This document shows, one piece after another, positions 5,761-11,846 of a stretch of DNA of 11,846 bases. The position numbers and the translations under genes were made by a program. The stretch is taken from contig JAHLWR010000041.1 of assembly GCA_019057815.1 (NCBI GenBank), positions 1-11,846 of the forward strand. The letters are read 5' to 3'. Numbering within the stretch: the first letter of the stretch is position 1; each line of letters opens with the position of its first letter. This DNA is from Candidatus Heimdallarchaeota archaeon. GTDB taxonomy: Archaea > Asgardarchaeota > Heimdallarchaeia > Heimdallarchaeales > Heimdallarchaeaceae. The notes beneath the pieces are model-generated. The model was not told the DNA's origin, did no database searches, and saw only the letters and a program-made list of their open reading frames with translations.

Positions 5761-6903
5761 ATGGATTTTACTAAAGATGTTCCTGTTGCATTTATTCTTC
5801 ATGCTTACCAGCCCATAACACAAACAGAACAAATTATTGTAAGAATTGTTAATAAATGCTATGAGCCATTCTTTACAAAGCTTCTAGAAAATCCACAAAT
5901 CAAGATTACTTTGAATATATCAGGATGTCTAGTTGAAAAGCTAGAGAACGATTATCCTCAGGTAATAAAATTAGTTAACAAAGGTATTTCATCAGGTCAA
6001 ATCGAAATTATGGGTTCAGCTTATTACCACGCTTTATTACCTCTACTAACAAAAGATGAGCAGAATTATCAGATAACAAAACAGCAGATGATTATTCAAG
6101 AAGTTTTTAACATTTTACCTACATCTTTTTTTCCACCTGAGTTAGCAATTTCGCCAACTATTTTCGACTCTTTAACATTAAATGGGTTTGAAAATATTAT
6201 TTCTCCATCTAACGTTTTTCTTGAACCTTATGGTGGGATTCTCAAGGTTACAAGTGATAAATCGATTTCTATTATTAAAAGAAATAAAATACTGAGTAAT
6301 AGTATTGCTTTTAATGGTTATAACAACAACTCAAAAAGAGCTTTGAAAGATATTTTACATGCATTTCAGACTTCTTCAATTCCAGTTGTTTTAGCTATGG
6401 ATCTTGAAACTTTTGGAGAACATCATGAAAATTATTACAATTTCTTTTTCGAATTAATGAACGAATTACAAAGTATTCAAGTATCAGAACTTTCTAGAAA
6501 ATATAAGATTGCAGAACAGGTCGGGATTTTACAGTCAACTAGTTGGTCTACTGATGATGTTCAGCTAAAGATGGGGATACATTTCCCTCTATGGGATCAC
6601 CCCCAAAATCCTGTTCATCAGCTCCTCCATTCACACCTTGAACTCCTAAGACAAATCAAACAAAAAGTTTCCTTGAGTAGTTGGTTAGAGGATTATCATG
6701 CTTCTTTTTACTCTTGTCAATTCTGGTGGGGATCTGAAGAATGGTGGAATAAAAAATTAGTTCTTACTGGTCTGGGTTTTCAAAGGAAAACGCTGGAAAA
6801 TATCGTTGAAAACCTTCCTGAATCCGACAAGAACATGATAATCAATCTTTCAGACAACATTATTAAAAGAGTTAAAAAATGTAATCTTGGGAAAGAGAAA
6901 TGA
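5761..6903 (+). CDS. Glycoside hydrolase family 57 protein (short alpha-amylase/amylopullulanase-like)
   Basis: GH57 conserved regions FILHAYQP, EIMGSAYYHALLPLL, FFPPELA (nucleophile Glu), AMDLETFGEH (acid/base Asp), STSWS and SCQFWW. Confidence 0.9.
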   Translation: MDFTKDVPVAFILHAYQPITQTEQIIVRIVNKCYEPFFTKLLENPQIKITLNISGCLVEKLENDYPQVIKLVNKGISSGQIEIMGSAYYHALLPLLTKDEQNYQITKQQMIIQEVFNILPTSFFPPELAISPTIFDSLTLNGFENIISPSNVFLEPYGGILKVTSDKSISIIKRNKILSNSIAFNGYNNNSKRALKDILHAFQTSSIPVVLAMDLETFGEHHENYYNFFFELMNELQSIQVSELSRKYKIAEQVGILQSTSWSTDDVQLKMGIHFPLWDHPQNPVHQLLHSHLELLRQIKQKVSLSSWLEDYHASFYSCQFWWGSEEWWNKKLVLTGLGFQRKTLENIVENLPESDKNMIINLSDNIIKRVKKCNLGKEK

Positions 6904-8375
6904 ACATTATATTCTGTTCTACAGAAGTAACACCATTTTCTAAAACTGGAGGTTTAGCCGATGTATCTGCTGCTATACCCAGATCTTTAGAAAAACTTGG
7001 AAATTCTATATGTATTATTACTCCATTTTACAAATTTATTGATATTCAAAAATATGACTTAGTACTTGTTCGTGAAAAAATAGGTGTACAAGTAGGAGAC
7101 GCGATAGAATTCATGGATTTGTATAGAGGAATCCTTCCAGATAGTAGTATTCTAGTATACTTCATCAAGAATCAGTTCCTCTATAGAGAGGGGCTCTACG
7201 TTGATGAAAAAGGAATAGAATATGAGGATAGTGCTATGAGATTTATATTCTTTAATAAAGCAATATTCACAGTTCTAAAGCATTTACAGCTTAAAGCAGA
7301 TATCATACACACCAATGATTGGCATACTAGTTTAGTTCCGTTTTTTCTAAAAAGCGAATATCATTCAGAATATTTATTCAAAGAAACCAAGACAATTTTC
7401 ACAATCCATAATATCGGTTATCAAGGAATCTTTCCTGTAGAAGATGTACAAGAAGCTAATATACCTGAAATTTATTTCACTGAAGAGTGTCTTGGTTACT
7501 ATTCAAAGATTAATTTCATGAAATCAGGTATTCTCTATGCTGATCTAATTACAACGGTTAGTCCAACTTATGCAAATGAAATCCAAACGAAAGAATATGG
7601 ATTCGGATTAGAAAAGTATATTCAAAAACGAAAAAATGATCTTTTTGGTATTGTTCATGGAATAGATTATACTGAGTGGAACCCTAGTATTGACCCATTT
7701 ATTAAACAAAATTATGATAAAAATAATATAAATGGTAAAGCGATTTGTAAAAGTGATTTACAGCTAGAAATGGGATTGGAAATATCAGATAAGCCTTTAA
7801 TAGGTATAGTCTCAAGGCTTGCACCCCAAAAAGGGATAGATTTAATTTTAGAGATTTTCGATCAAATGATGAATCTTGATATCCAATTTGTATTATTGGG
7901 AACAGGTGATTATGCTCTTGAAAAAGCTTTGAAGAAAAAAGAAAAAAAGTTTAAAGGCATGTGTTCAATCATTATTGATTTTAATAATAAACTTGCTCAT
8001 AAAATAGAAGCTGGGGCAGATATTTTCCTTATGCCTTCTATTTATGAACCCTGCGGATTAAATCAAATGTACAGTATGGTCTATGGAACAGTTCCAATTG
8101 TAAGAAGAACAGGAGGGTTAGCTGATACAGTTAAGAATTTCGACACTTTGACAGCCAAGGGGACAGGTTTTGTATTTGACAAAATTGATGCTAAAGAGTT
8201 ATTCGATACAGTTCAAAGAGCAATAAATCTCAGAAGCAATCCTAAAAAATGGAAAAAATTGCAAAAAAACATCATGAAAATTGATTTCTCGTGGCAAAAT
8301 TCTGCTAAACACTGGCAAGAAGTGTATAGAAAGGTATTAAACGAAAAAGGACAGAAAAAGAAAAAGAGTGTTTAG
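6900..8375 (+). CDS. glgA: Glycogen synthase (GT5)
   Basis: Motifs KTGGLADV, HTNDWH, TIHNIGYQG, TTVSPTYA, VSRLAPQKG, MPSIYEPCGLNQM and TGGLADTV. The start overlaps the upstream GH57 stop as ATGA. Confidence 0.97.
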   Translation: MNIIFCSTEVTPFSKTGGLADVSAAIPRSLEKLGNSICIITPFYKFIDIQKYDLVLVREKIGVQVGDAIEFMDLYRGILPDSSILVYFIKNQFLYREGLYVDEKGIEYEDSAMRFIFFNKAIFTVLKHLQLKADIIHTNDWHTSLVPFFLKSEYHSEYLFKETKTIFTIHNIGYQGIFPVEDVQEANIPEIYFTEECLGYYSKINFMKSGILYADLITTVSPTYANEIQTKEYGFGLEKYIQKRKNDLFGIVHGIDYTEWNPSIDPFIKQNYDKNNINGKAICKSDLQLEMGLEISDKPLIGIVSRLAPQKGIDLILEIFDQMMNLDIQFVLLGTGDYALEKALKKKEKKFKGMCSIIIDFNNKLAHKIEAGADIFLMPSIYEPCGLNQMYSMVYGTVPIVRRTGGLADTVKNFDTLTAKGTGFVFDKIDAKELFDTVQRAINLRSNPKKWKKLQKNIMKIDFSWQNSAKHWQEVYRKVLNEKGQKKKKSV

Positions 8376-10090
8376 AGCTCAAACCATTTGTAAACGTCTT
8401 GTTCCCAAGCTATACTGTCTTCTTTTTCTAATTTGTCAAGAAGTTGAAACTGATGCTCTGATAATGAATTTTCATGGCTTTCCTTGAAGATTTCATGAAG
8501 TTTTTTGAAACTTTCATAGTGTTGAGACACTCTATGCTCTGCATAATCTCGGGCTGCCCAAGTTGAAATAAGAAATGTCCAATCTGAAGAAGAAAGTAGG
8601 AATAACTCTCTTCCCATTTGATTAATAAGCCTCTTAGTTACTGAGAAATCTTTATGGTGTTTCTTCTTAAAATCCTTCAGATCTTGCAAATATATCTCTT
8701 CACATTCATAGATATGTTTCCATACCCACATCGTATCTTGATTAAGCCAAATCCAATGAAAAGAACCCTTACCCCAAGAACCTTCTGGAAGCGAAACAAC
8801 AGTATCAGCTTTTGGAGGATAGGTTTCAAGGTACTTTTTACTAGTAATCATGGAAATTTCATCATCTTCAGAGACTAGATTAATAACTCTATCAAGAAAA
8901 CCTACTCCTTCAAACCACCAATGTCCTAAGAGTTCAAAGTCATATGGACTAACAACTGCTCCTGGCTTAGAGTTTTCATCATAATACTGTAATAAGTTCT
9001 CTTTAACCATTTTTACGAAATATGCGGAATTTTCATCTAATCGTTCTACAACTTTATTTGGTTCGTAAAGTTTTTTCTCACCAAGATCAACATCAGAACC
9101 TGTTACACGCCAATATCTATTTCCAGAGGAGAAATGCTTTTTATGAAATTCTAGGTAATAACCATCTCCTGGAAATCCATGTTCTCCAGACCAGACTAAA
9201 ATTCCTGTTTTATCATCACGTGTTAAGAAACTAACATTATTTTCAAGATTTTCTGATCCTCCTGCGATATAAGGACGATAGATAGAAAGATTTTCTCCTT
9301 GAATATCTTGTTTTTGTTTCTCAAATTGTTGCCATAAAAGTTGAAGGGCTGTGAATCTGTCTAGGTAGGTGCCTATTCCTTCACCTCCTCTTAACAAGGG
9401 AGTATCAACTAAGAAATATTTGATGTTATTCTTCTGAATGTAATATTCAACCCCTTTTCTTTCAAATTCTTCTTCAGTAACAGGATTCCTCCACTTATAA
9501 CTAGGTCTATATGCTAACTCTGGTAACCAAATACCAGAGCTATCTCGACCGTAACGATATCTATAGATATGCTGTCCACCCTTTATTTGAGCATTAACAG
9601 TTTCCTCTTTACCTAAGAGAGGTAGATATCCATGAGAAACACCACAAGTAATTATCTCAATTGCTTCCCTATCTTGTAATTCTCGATATCCTAATGTCAA
9701 ATCACTGTTAAATCTCTCTACAAATTGTTCTTTGACAGAGCTATAGAATTCAGCCCACCTTATAGATAATTTAGCTGTTTCAGAATCACCAATCCAATTA
9801 AAGTGATCTTTATCTTTATAACTAGCATTGATTCTGTCTTCAAGAAAGTTAACAAAACCTTCCTTAAATCTGGGATGAGCTAGTTGCTCTGTTAAAACAG
9901 GTGTTAAACCTATTGTTACCATTTCAGTGTAACCTTTCTTTTCTGAAAGATCAGTTAACATTGATAAAGTTGGACAATAAGTTTCAGCTGTTGCTTCATG
10001 GAGCCATACTTCACCATGAGGCCATGTTCCCTGTTCTAGAACCCAAGGAAGATGTCCATGTAAAACGAAATTAAGATATCCTTTAGTCAT
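8372..10090 (-). CDS. GH57 1,4-alpha-glucan branching enzyme (DUF1957-containing type)
   Basis: Motifs FVLHGHLPWV, GEVWLHEATAETY, HGYLPLL, GIWLPELAY (nucleophile), YLEFHKK, YWRVTG, PYDFELLGHWWFEG (acid/base), EGSWG and ELFLLSSSDWTF. Confidence 0.94.
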   Translation of the reverse strand: MTKGYLNFVLHGHLPWVLEQGTWPHGEVWLHEATAETYCPTLSMLTDLSEKKGYTEMVTIGLTPVLTEQLAHPRFKEGFVNFLEDRINASYKDKDHFNWIGDSETAKLSIRWAEFYSSVKEQFVERFNSDLTLGYRELQDREAIEIITCGVSHGYLPLLGKEETVNAQIKGGQHIYRYRYGRDSSGIWLPELAYRPSYKWRNPVTEEEFERKGVEYYIQKNNIKYFLVDTPLLRGGEGIGTYLDRFTALQLLWQQFEKQKQDIQGENLSIYRPYIAGGSENLENNVSFLTRDDKTGILVWSGEHGFPGDGYYLEFHKKHFSSGNRYWRVTGSDVDLGEKKLYEPNKVVERLDENSAYFVKMVKENLLQYYDENSKPGAVVSPYDFELLGHWWFEGVGFLDRVINLVSEDDEISMITSKKYLETYPPKADTVVSLPEGSWGKGSFHWIWLNQDTMWVWKHIYECEEIYLQDLKDFKKKHHKDFSVTKRLINQMGRELFLLSSSDWTFLISTWAARDYAEHRVSQHYESFKKLHEIFKESHENSLSEHQFQLLDKLEKEDSIAWEQDVYKWFEL

Positions 10091-10094
10091 TTTT

Positions 10095-10100
10095 CTCCTC
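10095..10100 (-). promoter_or_regulatory. Shine-Dalgarno sequence of the branching enzyme gene
   Basis: GAGGAG-AAAA-ATG sits in the 15-nt gap after the phosphohexomutase-like gene, which implies co-transcription. Confidence 0.75.
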
Positions 10101-10105
10101 TTGTT

Positions 10106-11533
10106 TTAGTTTGTTGATACTTCATTATCTATTCTTCGGACTAAGTCCAATATTTCAATAAGTAATTTTTCCCTATCTTCTTTATTTTCAGCACATACTT
10201 TAACAATCAAAGTTGTAGAAATTATACTCGCATAAATATGAGCCCATTTTCTAGCTCCTGATACTATTTTGACACCGTCTAGTGTGTTTACAACTCTCCC
10301 ATCTGTATCAGTTTCATATATTTTTTTGAAAAACAAAGTTGGATCAGCATTCAGTCTATAATACTCTTCTAAATACATATTTTCGTCGACAACGTCATTT
10401 TCTTCTGCAAAAGAAGAAATATATTTGTGTTTTTCATTTTGAGCAAAAGACCAAAGAAGTAACAATGTCGACACAAAAGGTTCTGATTCATTCGAAAATG
10501 TTGGGTGTATATAGCTTCCATGTTCATTTGCTCCAAATAATGCTCTTTTAAACTGTATTAATCTCGACATTTCTCCTGGAGAGCCTCGAGTAAAAGTGTG
10601 AGAAATATTCTTTTCATTGAGCCATTTTTCTAAAACCCACATTGTTTCAGCCAAAACAACATGTCCTTTTTCTCTTCCTATCATCTTGTTTTTCAGGAGA
10701 ATTGTTGCAATAACATGTGAATCAATAATCTTTCCATGCTCATCCATAAAAATAACTCTAGAACCACTAGGGTCGAATGCTATACCCAAATCAGCTTTTG
10801 CTGCAACAACAGTACGAGATAGTATTGTCAAAGAAATAGGGCTTGGAAGCGATTCAGGGATTCCATCAGGTCTATAAGAATTAAGTGTAAATATTTTACT
10901 TCCTAACTCAGCCATAATGTTAGGAAATATCTCAGCTACAGGACCTAATGAACAGTCAACTACAATAGAAAAATTCTTTTCTTTCAAAACATCATAAGGC
11001 ATAGCAGATCTAATAGCTGAACGATACAAATCGTTTGCTTGGTGTACTGATAAAATGTCAGCAATCTTATCAGGAGCTGATCTAATAATTTTCCGCTTTT
11101 GTAATTTTTCTTTCTCAAAAATCTCTGTGAAGGGTAACTCTACACCTGTTTGGTCAAAGATTCGTATATTAATTTTTTCTGGAGATCTGTGAGCAGAAGC
11201 AAAATGCACTCCTGCATGGGCACTAAATCTACGGAGAGCAAATTGTAAAACAGGTAAAGAACATGCGTGCAATTCAAAAACTGTTGTTCCTACGGAGATT
11301 AAACCTGCATTAAATGATCGACTAATCATACGAGTATCTTTTCTGAAATCTCTAGCACTTACAACAACTGCTTCTTCACCTCCCAAGTAGCTACCGAATA
11401 GAGCACCTAATGTTGAAGCTATCTCAGGAGACAATTCTGTTGCTGTTCCTGCTAAACGGTTTTTTCTCATAAGAGAATTGTAATCATAATTCGACAATGC
11501 TTCCATTACAAAAAAATATAATAATTCAACCAT
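10106..11533 (-). CDS. Alpha-D-phosphohexomutase (PMM/PGM) superfamily homolog with degenerate catalytic motifs
   Basis: Fold-defining motifs ELSPEIASTLG, VVSARDFR, GLISVG, IVVDCSLG, ADLGIAFD, DEHG and TLDGVKI. The ATG at 11506 (MEALSNYDY...) is an equally plausible start, about 27 nt downstream of a TTTAAA box. Confidence 0.85.
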   Translation of the reverse strand: MVELLYFFVMEALSNYDYNSLMRKNRLAGTATELSPEIASTLGALFGSYLGGEEAVVVSARDFRKDTRMISRSFNAGLISVGTTVFELHACSLPVLQFALRRFSAHAGVHFASAHRSPEKINIRIFDQTGVELPFTEIFEKEKLQKRKIIRSAPDKIADILSVHQANDLYRSAIRSAMPYDVLKEKNFSIVVDCSLGPVAEIFPNIMAELGSKIFTLNSYRPDGIPESLPSPISLTILSRTVVAAKADLGIAFDPSGSRVIFMDEHGKIIDSHVIATILLKNKMIGREKGHVVLAETMWVLEKWLNEKNISHTFTRGSPGEMSRLIQFKRALFGANEHGSYIHPTFSNESEPFVSTLLLLWSFAQNEKHKYISSFAEENDVVDENMYLEEYYRLNADPTLFFKKIYETDTDGRVVNTLDGVKIVSGARKWAHIYASIISTTLIVKVCAENKEDREKLLIEILDLVRRIDNEVSTN

Positions 11534-11750
11534 TTAAATCTTATCGGAAATTTTCTCTTTCTAATAATTTGATTTCGAGATTTTTAAAACGTCATCAAAG
11601 CTGAAAATCATAATATTAGTGATTTGGATACGATTCTCCTTAGTAATAGAATAGCGATAGGACATTCTGAAATAGAATCTACAGAGTCCTCATGCTGTGA
11701 AGAGTAATTCTTTGAGACACAAATTCAGTCATAAAATCACCATTCAACCT

Positions 11751-11846
11751 TTATTTCAGTCTCCTAACAAGAAAGCGATAATCATTGGGGTCACTCTCTT
11801 CTGCGGAAATCACTTCTTGACCTGTGACATGAGCCCAGGCTGGAAT
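11751..11846 (-). CDS. tusA: TusA/SirA-family sulfur carrier protein, 3' end only
   Basis: Not in the ORF track. The minus strand from 11846 translates IPAWAHVTGQEVISAEESDPNDYRFLVRRLK*, matching the TusA C-terminal pattern (D)IPAWxxxxGxxxxxxxxxxxxYxFxIxK. The catalytic CPxP motif lies outside the window. Confidence 0.8.
   Translation of the reverse strand: MPAWAHVTGQEVISAEESDPNDYRFLVRRLK

Noticed and set aside
8654-10877. Short + strand ORFs at 8654, 9022, 10339 and 10617
   Set aside because: They are antisense to well-supported minus-strand genes and have no recognisable motifs.
11650-11735. Possible SECIS element in the tusA 3' UTR (ATGA...AAA...TGAG)
   Set aside because: Helix II pairing after the first ATGA is poor. 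The better hairpin lacks both the 3' GA of the quartet and the apical AA, and no in-frame TGA is visible in the window.

Overview
AT-rich chromosomal window that looks archaeal: BRE/TATA-like boxes about 23 nt upstream of a start codon, GGTGA-type ribosome-binding sites, oligo-T terminators and GH57-based glycogen genes. The C-terminally anchored surface proteins resemble those of Asgard (Heimdallarchaeia-like) archaea, but that is inference only. From left to right it holds: (1) the 3' part of a membrane-anchored parallel beta-helix (NosD/CASH-like) surface protein with a Cys in every turn; (2) a minus-strand trio of extracytoplasmic thiol-disulfide genes, namely a stalked TlpA-like thioredoxin, a thioredoxin-CcdA fusion and a small two-Cys beta-rich anchored protein, which together look like a split and permuted DsbD-type electron relay; (3) a stand-alone FakA/YloV-type DAK2 kinase domain followed by a THEP1-family NTPase that seems to start at CTG; (4) a glycogen cluster of two convergent gene pairs, GH57 hydrolase plus glgA facing a degenerate phosphohexomutase homolog plus GH57 branching enzyme; (5) the 3' end of a TusA/SirA-family gene that the ORF track missed. 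No RNA genes, CRISPR arrays or mobile elements were seen.
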